A stretch of 64,000 nt of DNA from an uncultured bacterium (GCA_937920495.1 CALEUQ010000005.1:12682-76681); one strand, 5' to 3'; positions 33,175-42,840 are shown, numbered from the stretch's first letter. Translations and numbers: made by a program. The notes: generated by a model not told the origin, from the sequence alone.

Positions 33175-33624
33175 ATGAAACATTATACTTTTCTTGTGAT
33201 TCACGGACCAAATTTAAATCTTCTTGGGGAAAGGGAACCAGCAATATATGGTACTCTAACGCTTGAAGACATCAATAGCAGAATAGCTGAATTTGCAAAA
33301 AGCAACAATTGTATGGTTAGTTTTTTCCAGTCTAACAGTGAAGGCCAAATTATAGATTATATTCAGAAAAACAGAAATTGCGATGGTATTATTATTAATG
33401 CCGGAGCGTATACTCACACTTCAATTGCTATCCGTGATTGTATAGCTGCTATAAAGCTTCCGTGCGTGGAGGTTCACCTTTCCAATATACATTCACGTGA
33501 ACGCTTCAGAAGGCATTCATATATTGCACCTGTATGTATTGGACAGATTTGCGGATTTGGGTACTACTCATATATTGTGGCGTTGCAGGCTTTGATACAT
33601 TATCTGGAAAATAATGCAAGGTGA
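33175..33624 (+). CDS. aroQ: Type II 3-dehydroquinate dehydratase
   Basis: GPNLNLLGEREP, NAGAYTHTS, EVHLSN. Confidence 0.96.
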   Translation: MKHYTFLVIHGPNLNLLGEREPAIYGTLTLEDINSRIAEFAKSNNCMVSFFQSNSEGQIIDYIQKNRNCDGIIINAGAYTHTSIAIRDCIAAIKLPCVEVHLSNIHSRERFRRHSYIAPVCIGQICGFGYYSYIVALQALIHYLENNAR

Positions 33625-33634
33625 TTTTATTTCT

Positions 33635-34711
33635 ATGAACTATCGCACAAGAATAAAAAAAATACAAAAATACTTATTAGAAAAACGACAATTTCCTTAT
33701 CTTGTTGCAAGTCTGATCAACATTAAGTATTGTACAGGATTTGAAGGTAGTTACGGATATCTGATTTTCTTTGAAGATGAGACAGTTTTTGTTTCTGATT
33801 CGCGGTATGAAGAATATGCTTTGACGATATTGCCAAAAAATGTACATTTTGTGTTGCAGGATAAGGATTTTTTTAAAACGCTACAGTCATTGATGAAACA
33901 AAAAAAAATAAAGAACATATTTTTTGAAGAGCATTCCATCACTTTATCACAATACAGAACATTTAAGGAGCAATGTAAGGGCATAGCAATTAATTATGGC
34001 GGGGATGTAATAAACCAGTTGCGTATTATCAAGGATGATGATGAGATTGAAAATATTAAAAAAGCAGCTCAGATAACTGATAAATGTTTTTACCATATAC
34101 TTGAGTTTATTAAACCTGGTGTTACTGAATGGGACATTGCTATTGAGATTGAATATTTTTATAAAACCAATGGATGTGAGAAAAATTCATTTGATACTAT
34201 TGTTGCTTCAGGAGCAGGGTCGTCAATGCCACATTACAAAACAGGCGCTAAAAAAATAAAGGCAGGTGAACCGGTACTTATTGATATGGGTTGTGTGTAC
34301 AGAGGTTATTGTTCGGATATTACGCGAACAGTCTTTGTTAAAGATATCCCTGATGGTATCAGTACAATTTATTCTGTTGTAAAAGATGCCCAGCAAAAAG
34401 CCGTAGATGCCGTAAAACCAAATTTAACTACAAATAAACTTGACAGTATTGCAAGGGATTTTATAGCTGCAAAAGGATATGGTGCTTTATTTGGTCATTC
34501 GTTAGGACATGGTGTTGGTCTGGACGTTCATGAACTACCGGCAGTAAAACAAAACGGAGCGGTGGCTTTAAAAAAGGGTATGGTTATTACAATAGAACCT
34601 GGTATATATATACCAAGAGAAGCAGGCGTTAGAATTGAAGATATGGTGCTGGTAACTTCTTCAGGGCACGAGGTATTAACTAAAAGCACTAAAGAGTTGA
34701 TTGTTTTATGA
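33635..34711 (+). CDS. Xaa-Pro aminopeptidase (M24B)
   Basis: DMG...SDITRT, HSLGHGVG..HE, TIEPG, GVRIED. Confidence 0.93.
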   Translation: MNYRTRIKKIQKYLLEKRQFPYLVASLINIKYCTGFEGSYGYLIFFEDETVFVSDSRYEEYALTILPKNVHFVLQDKDFFKTLQSLMKQKKIKNIFFEEHSITLSQYRTFKEQCKGIAINYGGDVINQLRIIKDDDEIENIKKAAQITDKCFYHILEFIKPGVTEWDIAIEIEYFYKTNGCEKNSFDTIVASGAGSSMPHYKTGAKKIKAGEPVLIDMGCVYRGYCSDITRTVFVKDIPDGISTIYSVVKDAQQKAVDAVKPNLTTNKLDSIARDFIAAKGYGALFGHSLGHGVGLDVHELPAVKQNGAVALKKGMVITIEPGIYIPREAGVRIEDMVLVTSSGHEVLTKSTKELIVL

Positions 34712-34750
34712 ATAATGAAGTGTAAACACCTTATCAGGTGGGTGTGTACA
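34705..34750. repeat. Repeat family A hairpin
   Basis: TTTATGAATAATGAAG then TGTAAACACC / GGTGTGTACA stem. Confidence 0.6.
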
Positions 34751-34794
34751 TTGTAATTTAAATATTTTTATTTTGTTCAGGGGAGTTAGTATCC

Positions 34795-35358
34795 ATGATT
34801 ACAAGTAATGATTTACGGAACGGTACAATTATCAAGGTTGATGGAGATTTATATTCAGTTGTTGAGTATCAGCATGTAAAGTTGGGGCGGGGTGGTGCAT
34901 TTGTTCAAACAAAATTGAGATCTTTGACAAGAGGTGTCATTGTTGACAGGAAGTTTAAAGGACAGGAAAAGGTTGAGGATGTCAGGGTTGAAAAAAAGAC
35001 GTTACAGTATTTGTATGATGAAGGCGACACCCTGGTTTTTATGGATACACAAAGTTATGATCAGATTCATGTGGACAGGAAAAAGGCCGGGAATCTGCTT
35101 AACTACATAAAAGAGGGTGATAGCGTTGAAGCAACCATGCATGATGAGGAAATATTATCTATAGAGCCCCCAATATTTGTAGTATTGAAAGTCACGTATG
35201 CTGAACCAGGTGTTAAGGGTGATACTGCTACAAATGTTTTGAAACCAGTAACCGTTGAAACAGGTGCCACTGTTCAGGTGCCAATTTTTGTCAACGAAGG
35301 TGATGTAATAAAAGTTGACACGCGGACAGGAGAATATGTTGAACGTGTGAAAAAATAA
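34795..35358 (+). CDS. efp: Elongation factor P
   Basis: PGVKGDTA, VDTRTGEYVER; tip loop HVKLGRG. Confidence 0.97.
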   Translation: MITSNDLRNGTIIKVDGDLYSVVEYQHVKLGRGGAFVQTKLRSLTRGVIVDRKFKGQEKVEDVRVEKKTLQYLYDEGDTLVFMDTQSYDQIHVDRKKAGNLLNYIKEGDSVEATMHDEEILSIEPPIFVVLKVTYAEPGVKGDTATNVLKPVTVETGATVQVPIFVNEGDVIKVDTRTGEYVERVKK

Positions 35359-35483
35359 TTACGTATGTAATGAAAGTGTACGCACAATCGGAAAAAGACG
35401 TATTGAAAACGTATTGTATTCCTGCTATGATAGTTGGCGGGAATAAACATACAATATAAAATTTTAATCAAAAGATTTACAAT

Positions 35484-36635
35484 GTGAAATCTGAAATTAT
35501 AACCAAAGAAGCATATACGGCATTTAAAAAAGGTTCGTATGTAGTTGCTGTCCAGTTGTTAGAAAAAAATATTAATATTTCCAATGATCCGTATGATTAT
35601 TTTTTATTGATTTTATCGTATTTGTTTACAGATAAGCTTATGCAGGCAGAAACTGTTTTGCGCAAGGCTCTGCGGCAATATCCTTCTTTTTTTCCACTTC
35701 TTGAAATCCAGGCATTTTTAATATTAAAAGCTGCTAAATCAAAGGATGAAGCCTGCACAGGATACATTGATATATTAAAAGTTTGGCCTGGTAATAAACA
35801 GATAAATAAGATTATAACAAAAATACAGGAATCAGATGATTTTGAGCAATTCCAGAAAAAAGCAAAACTTAAGGATTTCATTAGAGTAAAACCCCCAAAA
35901 AAAATAAAGACACAACATTACCGGGACGTGAAGTACAATACAAATATCAAAAAAGTAGCTTCTGTACTAATAAGCCTGGTAGTGTTGATAGCAGGTATTG
36001 TATTTTTTCCATCGCCACTTGCAAAACTCATAAATGAAAAAATTGAAGTTTTGTTCCCACACCATAGTGAAGTCAAAAATCTGGAAGATATATCACACAT
36101 CTCACTTGATGGTATGCATTACGATATCATTGACAAAATACAAAAAGTGCGCACACCTGAATTGTATGTAACAAACGACGCCTGTATACAGGATTTTAAT
36201 CGGGCAAAGTGGCTGATAAAAGAAGGCAAGGAAAATGATGCCATGATATTGCTGAACAAGATTGATGCAAGCAATGCAAATTTCAGAGTAAAAGAACGGG
36301 TTGCATTTTTAAAAGATTTTATACATCGCAATAAGGAGCGTACGGTTGCCCTATTTTCATACACGGATGTCATGCAAAAGCCATATCTATATAAAGGCAT
36401 AAATGTAAAATGGCAGGGTAAGGTAGCAAATTATAAAAAAAAGAATGGCAATACCTTTCAGCTAATGATCAATTATTCAGAAAATCGATTTGATGGCATA
36501 GTAGATGTATATGCACCTTTTGAAGTACAATCTTTAGCTAATGGGGCGATAGTAACTGTTGAAGGAATCATCACCAATATTATTGGTCAGAAGATTGTAG
36601 TTATGCAGGCAAATAATATTGAAATCAAAAATTAG
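35484..36635 (+). CDS. Hypothetical membrane-anchored protein (TPR-like N-terminus)
   Basis: 383-aa ORF with helical N-terminus and a single central TM segment. Confidence 0.7.
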   Translation: MKSEIITKEAYTAFKKGSYVVAVQLLEKNINISNDPYDYFLLILSYLFTDKLMQAETVLRKALRQYPSFFPLLEIQAFLILKAAKSKDEACTGYIDILKVWPGNKQINKIITKIQESDDFEQFQKKAKLKDFIRVKPPKKIKTQHYRDVKYNTNIKKVASVLISLVVLIAGIVFFPSPLAKLINEKIEVLFPHHSEVKNLEDISHISLDGMHYDIIDKIQKVRTPELYVTNDACIQDFNRAKWLIKEGKENDAMILLNKIDASNANFRVKERVAFLKDFIHRNKERTVALFSYTDVMQKPYLYKGINVKWQGKVANYKKKNGNTFQLMINYSENRFDGIVDVYAPFEVQSLANGAIVTVEGIITNIIGQKIVVMQANNIEIKN

Positions 36636-36677
36636 AGTTTTTATGATTAACTATACTCAACAAAGCGAGAGTTTATT

Positions 36678-37820
36678 ATGAAGGTAGTATTGAAAGAATG
36701 CACTCAATATGAAGTTGATACAATCAAAGAAACAGTAATGGCAGCTTTACACCGGTTGCAGTTTGATTTTTCAAAACTTTACAATGCAAAAGTTGCAATA
36801 AAACCTAATTTATTAACTTCTGCGTCACCTGAATCTGCAGTAGTTACGCATCCTGCTTTTTTTAAAGCAATAGTTCAGATTGTTACACAGCACGGTGGAG
36901 TACCAGTACTTGTTGAATCCCCTGCAGTTCATTCCTTGCAAAGAGTAATGAAAAAGACAGGATATGATGCGATAGTAACTGAAGAAGAAGTGCTGGTTGC
37001 CGATACATCAGATTGCATGATAATTCATAATGAAAATTCTCATCATTTTAAACGATTTGAAGTTCCAACAATATTAGCTGAATGCGATATACTTATCAAC
37101 ATTCCAAAGTTTAAAACACATTCTTTAACCTACATTACATGTGCAGTAAAAAATTTATTTGGCACAATTCATGGAATGAAAAAATCTCAGTGGCATATTA
37201 AAGCAAAAAGTAAAGATGATTTTGCAATGATGCTTCTGGATTTATATCAGGCGTATTTAACGGATAAGGCATTACCACAAACTATAGTCCATATTGTTGA
37301 TGCCATAACAATGATGGAAGGTGATGGACCAGGACCAAGTGGTAGGCCAAAATTTATGGGAGTAATTGCTACATCATACAATGCAATAGCAGTTGATTAT
37401 GCTCTGTCACAGCTTGCAGGTTTTGATATAGAAAATATACCTACTATTACTCAGGGTTTTAAACGGGGACTTTGCGCTACACCAGATAAAATTGAAATTA
37501 TCAAGGATGAAGGGATCTTTGCTGATTATCAATGTGCTGCGCCTAAAGATTCAGGTTCAACAAAAATTCTTGCTATACCACTTATAAATAGATTATTAAA
37601 AAATCTTTTTATAGCAAAGCCACTACCTGATCCTGAAAAATGTACACTCTGTTATCAGTGTAAAAAGATTTGCCCGGTAAAAGCAATAAGCATTTCAACG
37701 GATGGTAAAGTGCCACATTATGATTATTCAACGTGTATACGGTGTTATTGTTGTATGGAAATATGCCCGGAGTCAGCGATATCGTTAAGTAAACCCTTAT
37801 TTAAGAAAATCTTACGGTGA
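36678..37820 (+). CDS. DUF362 protein with C-terminal 2x[4Fe-4S] domain
   Basis: IKPN, PKFKTH, AVKNLFG, EGDGP; two CxxCxxCxxxCP motifs. Confidence 0.9.
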   Translation: MKVVLKECTQYEVDTIKETVMAALHRLQFDFSKLYNAKVAIKPNLLTSASPESAVVTHPAFFKAIVQIVTQHGGVPVLVESPAVHSLQRVMKKTGYDAIVTEEEVLVADTSDCMIIHNENSHHFKRFEVPTILAECDILINIPKFKTHSLTYITCAVKNLFGTIHGMKKSQWHIKAKSKDDFAMMLLDLYQAYLTDKALPQTIVHIVDAITMMEGDGPGPSGRPKFMGVIATSYNAIAVDYALSQLAGFDIENIPTITQGFKRGLCATPDKIEIIKDEGIFADYQCAAPKDSGSTKILAIPLINRLLKNLFIAKPLPDPEKCTLCYQCKKICPVKAISISTDGKVPHYDYSTCIRCYCCMEICPESAISLSKPLFKKILR

Positions 37821-37844
37821 TATATTATTTTTGAGAGGAAATTT

Positions 37845-38231
37845 ATGGAGCAAAAGGATACTATACGCAAAATTGTCGTTATTGAGATAATTGTTTTTCT
37901 TTTGATTATTGTATTTATATGGGCAGAAGAAATATTTGATCTGCCACATATGCTTTTAAATGCGGAACCTACCCCTGTAAATTATGAAGAAAGTTTTATG
38001 GAAACTTTTATTTTTACCGTTATATTTGGCTTTTTGATATACCACACTATAAAAATTTTGATGAAAATACGTAATTTGGAATCGTTTGTACGAATTTGTT
38101 CAGGTTGTCATAAAGTGTATGTGAATGGAAGATGGGTATTGCTTGAGGAGTATTTTAATAGTTATGCAAACAAAAAAACATCGCATGGTTTATGCGATGA
38201 CTGTAAAAACTATTATAAAAAATCTAATTAG
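37845..38231 (+). CDS. Small membrane protein with C-terminal CxxC...SHGLCxxC motif
   Basis: Two TM segments; ICSGCHK...W..LEEY...SHGLCDDC. Confidence 0.75.
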   Translation: MEQKDTIRKIVVIEIIVFLLIIVFIWAEEIFDLPHMLLNAEPTPVNYEESFMETFIFTVIFGFLIYHTIKILMKIRNLESFVRICSGCHKVYVNGRWVLLEEYFNSYANKKTSHGLCDDCKNYYKKSN

Positions 38232-38302
38232 CGGAGGAGGGACTCGAACCCCCCACACCACGGATATGAGCCGTGTGCTCTAACCAACTGAGCTACTCCG
38301 CC
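38229..38302 (-). tRNA. tRNA-Met(CAT), elongator type; CCA not encoded
   Basis: GGCGGAGTAGCTCAGTTGGTTAGAGC...CT CAT AT...GGTTCGAGTCC cloverleaf. Confidence 0.92.
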
Positions 38303-38303
38303 T

Positions 38304-38379
<76 letters not shown>

Positions 38380-38398
38380 ATCGTTTTAACGAATTGAC

Positions 38399-38427
38399 AA
38401 TCTATTTATAATATACATTATAGTCAA
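38399..38427 (-). promoter_or_regulatory. Sigma70-like promoter of the tRNA pair
   Basis: TTGACT-17 nt-TAGATT on the minus strand. Confidence 0.6.
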
Positions 38428-38492
38428 TCATTTTTCAAATTCTTAATATTTTGTTTATAAGCAAATTATTTTTTTATTCTTTCCAGAGCAAG

Positions 38493-38560
38493 CAGGCTTA
38501 ATTCAGGATCTTTACCACATTGCGTCATTCCAGGTCCCGATTGGCATCGGGACGGGGTCT
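38493..38560. repeat. Repeat family C related palindromes
   Basis: CAGGTCCCGATTGGCATCGGGAC (38531-38553) matches the reverse complement of 52820-52843 except for one indel. Confidence 0.75.
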
Positions 38561-38665
38561 ATGAGCCATATTGAGCTACATCATTTCTTAGACGTGTGAT
38601 TTAAGTTAATGTTCTAAAAATTCAGTCATGAAGAAAAATTTTAAGAAATAATTTACCAATGATTT

Positions 38666-38772
38666 CTTAAAAATATTTAGTTAATAAAACGGTTTACACC
38701 CCGCTGCCTTCGGCGGGGGGTGTACACTACGTTCATTATGTTTACAAATTTTGTTTAAAGGAATAAATCGTG
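38666..38772 (+). repeat. Full-length repeat family A copy
   Basis: Aligns along its length with the reverse complement of 63128-63236; central GC-rich hairpin closed by TACAC/GTGTA. Confidence 0.85.
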
Positions 38773-38831
38773 GAAATAATTTGTAAAAAAAAATTAAATT
38801 TTATTAATATTATTGTTGAAATTTTGCAATG

Positions 38832-39050
38832 TGATATAATACTGTCAATGTTCTCTTTTAAGAAGAGGGGGTGATATTATTTAAGGGCTAAAACCTATTA
38901 GCGGTTTTAGCATTTTGATTATTTAAGAGCGCAAAAAACCCAAAGGAATTATAATCCCCAGGGTGGCGAATTTAAGTTAACCTTAAAAACCATTCTTAAT
39001 GCATACACTCACCGTAGTGTAGGTGAATTTATAAAATGAGGTGGTTGCCC
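38832..39050 (+). promoter_or_regulatory. Extended -10 promoter and structured 5' leader of the speD operon
   Basis: TGaTATAAT at 38832-38840; hairpin 38887-38911; TACACT/AGTGTA and CACC/GGTG pairings at 39004-39026. Confidence 0.45.
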
Positions 39051-39458
39051 ATGGAGGGTTTAGGTACACACATCATTGCGGAACTCTTCAACTGTAACGA
39101 GTTTCACATCAACAATTTAAAAAAGGTTGAGGAGGTGTTGACGGCCGCAGCCGAACTCTCTAAAGCCACTATCATCCAACCATTCTTTCACAAATTTTCT
39201 CCATACGGTATTAGCGGAGTCATCGTCATTGCCGAGTCGCATATCACAATCCACACATGGCCGGAATATGGGTATGCAGCGGTTGACGTCTTCACCTGCG
39301 GAGATCACAATTACAAGGTAGCTATCGACTATATCACTGAACAGCTGGAAGCAGAGCGATGTGTTCTGTACGAGATGCGGAGAGGTGTGCTGAGCGATAG
39401 CAAGGTAAAAAATGTACCAGTAATTCGGGAGGTGGAAAATGTTAACTACATTGACTAA
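39051..39458 (+). CDS. speD: S-adenosylmethionine decarboxylase proenzyme
   Basis: IAESHITIHTWPE and DVFTCG motifs; GAGGTGG SD. Confidence 0.95.
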   Translation: MEGLGTHIIAELFNCNEFHINNLKKVEEVLTAAAELSKATIIQPFFHKFSPYGISGVIVIAESHITIHTWPEYGYAAVDVFTCGDHNYKVAIDYITEQLEAERCVLYEMRRGVLSDSKVKNVPVIREVENVNYID

Positions 39459-39855
39459 CGACATACTTAAAACAATTCCGACCATTGACCAGTTTGAAAA
39501 ATTGGGTGCATGGGGATTGTATTGCAGCGTAGACATTCATAACTGCGATCCGGATATAATCCGCGATGCAGAGATGATTCGGCAGTATGCTATTCAGTTG
39601 TGCGATCTCATTGAAATGAAACGATTTGGGGAAACCACAGTTGTAAATTTTGGTGAGGATGAGCGTGTTGCTGGTTTTTCAATGGTGCAGCTAATAGAAA
39701 CTTCAATGATATCAGGTCACTTTGCCAATCTGACAAATACTGCCTACATTGATATATTCAGCTGCAAGTATTATGACCCTGAAGTTGCTGCACAGTTTTC
39801 ACTGAGCTACTTCAAGGGTAGCGACTATACTCTGAATGTCGCATTGAGAAAGTAA
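39439..39855 (+). CDS. Divergent AdoMetDC/SpeD-family pyruvoyl-dependent decarboxylase
   Basis: LIETSMISGH aligns with IAESHITIH; DIFSCK; own GGAGGT SD. Confidence 0.85.
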   Translation: MLTTLTNDILKTIPTIDQFEKLGAWGLYCSVDIHNCDPDIIRDAEMIRQYAIQLCDLIEMKRFGETTVVNFGEDERVAGFSMVQLIETSMISGHFANLTNTAYIDIFSCKYYDPEVAAQFSLSYFKGSDYTLNVALRK

Positions 39856-39860
39856 TACGC

Positions 39861-39900
39861 AATTAAGGGGAAGGTACAAGGTACCTGCCCCCTTAATTTT
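39861..39900 (+). terminator. Intrinsic terminator-like hairpin inside the spe operon
   Basis: AATTAAGGGGAAGGTAC / GTACCTGCCCCCTTAATT followed by Ts. Confidence 0.65.
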
Positions 39901-39970
39901 ATATGCCTACCAGAAATTTATCAGCATTACATTTACATTTTACCACAACTACAAATTCAGGAGGTATGAG

Positions 39971-40837
39971 ATGCCCTTTGAATCAAGCGTATGGATTGAA
40001 GAAATGTATGAAATGGAAAATGGACGTACCATGAAACTTAAGGTGACAGATAAACTGGCAACCTATGATTCAAAGTTTCAGAGGATTGAAATATATAACA
40101 CAAAGGCATTTGGCAGGATGTTGGTGCTTGATGGTGTGTTTATGACCACAGAAGTAGATGAAATGGGTTATCATGAGATGCTTGCACACGTACCCATGTG
40201 TGTGCATCCCAATCCCAAACGGGTACTTGTTATTGGTGGCGGTGATGGCGGAACATTACGTGAAGTGTTGAAACACAAAGAAGTGGAAAAAGCTGATATT
40301 TGTGAGATAGATGGTGATGTAATACGACTTTGCCGTGAATACATGCCTGCCTTATCGTGCTCGTTTGATGATCCACGTGTTACAGTGTATACCGAAGATG
40401 GAGCAAAGTTTATTGCAGAAAGAAAGAAAGCGTATGATATCATCCTGGTTGATTCTTCTGATCCCATTGGCCCTGCTGCGGTGCTGTTTTCTGAAGAGTT
40501 TTATAAAAATTTAAGCGAATGTCTGGATGATGATGGTATAGCATCAACACAATCAGAATCTTTATTCTATCATCCAGATATTATTGCTACACTGGCTACG
40601 TACAATAAAAAGTTCTTCAAAGTACCTTCGTATTATTATACGATGGTGCCCACATATCCAAGTGGCATGATTGGTTTTTCATTTTGCTCTAAGAAATACC
40701 ATCCCATAAATGATTTTAAAGAGGAAAGAGCAAAAGCCCTGTTGAATCAACTAAGATATTATAACCCGGATGTACACAGGGGTGCGTTTGCGTTGCCACA
40801 ATTTATCAGGACAAAATTAGATGGTATCCTGTATTAG
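39971..40837 (+). CDS. speE: Polyamine aminopropyltransferase (spermidine synthase)
   Basis: YHEMLAH, VLVIGGGDGG, DSSDPIGPA, PTYPSG. Confidence 0.95.
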   Translation: MPFESSVWIEEMYEMENGRTMKLKVTDKLATYDSKFQRIEIYNTKAFGRMLVLDGVFMTTEVDEMGYHEMLAHVPMCVHPNPKRVLVIGGGDGGTLREVLKHKEVEKADICEIDGDVIRLCREYMPALSCSFDDPRVTVYTEDGAKFIAERKKAYDIILVDSSDPIGPAAVLFSEEFYKNLSECLDDDGIASTQSESLFYHPDIIATLATYNKKFFKVPSYYYTMVPTYPSGMIGFSFCSKKYHPINDFKEERAKALLNQLRYYNPDVHRGAFALPQFIRTKLDGILY

Positions 40838-40843
40838 TATCTG

Positions 40844-42427
40844 ATGGATACAATCGATTGGATCATTGTTTTTGCATATAGTGTGTGTGTTGTTGGCATT
40901 GGGTATATAATAGGGAAAAAACAAAAAAATCAGTCTGATTATTATATTGCGTCACAGAAAGCATCAGCCTGGTTAACAGGATCATCGCTTGCTGCCAATC
41001 AGGTAAGTGCAATAAGCCTGATTGGCGTACCTGCCTTTATTGCTGTCAAACATAATGGAGGGCTAACATGGTTGCAGTATGAGTTAGCTCTTCCATTATC
41101 AATGATTTTCATCATTCTTTTTGTCATTCCGGCTTTCAGATCATATCAGGGTTTTTCAATCTATGAATGGCTTGATAGACGGTTTGGCATGCAGACACGT
41201 GTGTTTCTGGCACTGGTATTTTTGCTCAGCAGATCATTAGCCACTGGTGTTGCTATTGTTGCCACTTCATACGTGGTAAGTGTGTTGATTGGCCTTGATA
41301 TGTATATTTCTATCATAAGTATTTCAATCATATCTCTCATATACACGTCTATTGGTGGAATCCTGGCTGATATTTACACCGATGTTATGCAGCTTTTAGT
41401 TTTACTTTTAAGCACATTATTATTCTGCGGCATAATACTCTATGTGATAAATGGACATACCGCTTTTAGTATTGATTATGGGCGGCTAAGGATATTTAAT
41501 TTTGATTCATTGGGAATAACGGATGGAAATACCTTTACATTAGCGCCAATGTTGTGCGGTGGTTTATTTTTATATATTTCATATTATGGGTTTGATCAAA
41601 GCCAGGCACAGCGTTTTCTGTCCTGTAAAAGTTTAAATGCAGCACAGAACGCAGCAATAATTAACATTCTATTACGTTTTATTGTTGTATTAATGTATTC
41701 TTTTTTAGGTGTTTTGTTGTTATTACTTTTATCAATGGATAATGCTCTACAAAGTTTGATGTCAAATCAGCCACCTGATATGTTAGTTCCGACATTTATC
41801 AAACACTATATACCTGCTGGATTAAAGGGGGTGGTAGTCTCCGGAATTCTGGCTGCATCAATGTCAAGTATGGATTCAGCAATAAATTCATTAAGTGCAA
41901 TCACCTACAATGATGCACTGCAACTGGTTTTCCCAAAAATTAAAAATATAAGCGATACGGCAACATTATTCTTATCACGAGTATTGACTGTTTTTTGGGG
42001 TATTGTAACAACACTATTTGCTATTATATTTGCAGAAAGCAGTGAAACAGTTGTGGAAATTGTAAATAAAATTGGATCATTGCTATATGGACCAATATGT
42101 GCAGTATTTATCATTGGGATGATAACTAAAAAAAAGATCCATAAGTGTGCAGTTATTGGCGGATTTGTTACAGGAATTATGGTTAATGTATGTATATGGC
42201 TGTTTTTGCCGTCTGTGTCATGGATGTGGTGGAATGCAACAGGTTTTTTTGCTGCCGTACTTGTACCTTTTATTGTATCAATTTTTACAGATTCAGGATA
42301 TGATGATAGCATCTATAATATAAAAACTTTTTCAAGTAAAGTATGGTGTAAGGCGATAGCTCTTGTGATGTGGTTTTTTGTAGTCATTGGAATATTTCTG
42401 GTAATTGAAATATTATTATCGCAGTAA
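40844..42427 (+). CDS. Sodium:solute symporter (SSS family)
   Basis: DQSQAQRFL, AASMSSMDSAINS, multiple TM segments. Confidence 0.9.
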   Translation: MDTIDWIIVFAYSVCVVGIGYIIGKKQKNQSDYYIASQKASAWLTGSSLAANQVSAISLIGVPAFIAVKHNGGLTWLQYELALPLSMIFIILFVIPAFRSYQGFSIYEWLDRRFGMQTRVFLALVFLLSRSLATGVAIVATSYVVSVLIGLDMYISIISISIISLIYTSIGGILADIYTDVMQLLVLLLSTLLFCGIILYVINGHTAFSIDYGRLRIFNFDSLGITDGNTFTLAPMLCGGLFLYISYYGFDQSQAQRFLSCKSLNAAQNAAIINILLRFIVVLMYSFLGVLLLLLLSMDNALQSLMSNQPPDMLVPTFIKHYIPAGLKGVVVSGILAASMSSMDSAINSLSAITYNDALQLVFPKIKNISDTATLFLSRVLTVFWGIVTTLFAIIFAESSETVVEIVNKIGSLLYGPICAVFIIGMITKKKIHKCAVIGGFVTGIMVNVCIWLFLPSVSWMWWNATGFFAAVLVPFIVSIFTDSGYDDSIYNIKTFSSKVWCKAIALVMWFFVVIGIFLVIEILLSQ

Positions 42428-42429
42428 AT

Positions 42430-42603
42430 TTACTTCCAGATTGTTTTTACATAGGGATAGTGTAATATTTTTCCATCGCTGGTGATTAAGGGGATGTTAT
42501 ATATTCTTGAAGTGATTACAATTATTCTGTCAGCAAGGTCTTTGTGAAATTTTCCGGGTAAATTAACTGAATGTTCAGCTATTGTATTGTCTACTGGAAT
42601 AAA
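42430..42603 (-). pseudogene. VapC/PIN toxin C-terminal fragment
   Basis: Translation FIPVDNTIAEHSVNLPGKFHKDLADRIIVITSRIYNIPLITSDGKILHYPYVKTIWK; N-terminal half absent. Confidence 0.8.
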
Positions 42604-42840
42604 TTAAAACCCAATCATCTATCTCTACGGATTCTGTTGGATTGTTATAATCTTTTATTGAATTTTTTAAAAATTTGAGAATATCATCAGTTTGTTTTGA
42701 ATACCGGGTAATTTTTAAAACAGGTTTGCCCCTGTCAGTTATAATGACATCGTCGCCACTTTTCTCAATATCGCGTAATATTTTATAAGTAGATTTGGTT
42801 TTAATTTTGATTTTGATTTTGATTTTGATATTAACTTAAT
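42604..42840 (-). pseudogene. Phd/YefM antitoxin pseudogene
   Basis: ISKSK..KP / ILRDIEKSGDDVIITDRGKPVLKI; ATT in place of ATG after GAGG SD; frameshift near 42785. Confidence 0.75.

Noticed and set aside
38880-39050. SAM-I or SAM-I-variant spermidine riboswitch
   Set aside because: The core motifs (AUC..GAG, GCAACC, GUGC, GAU) were not found in the right order.
39430-39460. Antizyme/prfB-like +1 frameshift fusing the two SpeD ORFs
   Set aside because: The frames would allow it, but the second ORF has its own strong SD and ATG and there is no recognisable slippery site; translational coupling is the simpler explanation.
39117-39536. 139-aa antisense ORF over speD, and other short antisense ORFs in the track
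   Set aside because: Shadow ORFs of well-supported genes, with no motifs or RBS.
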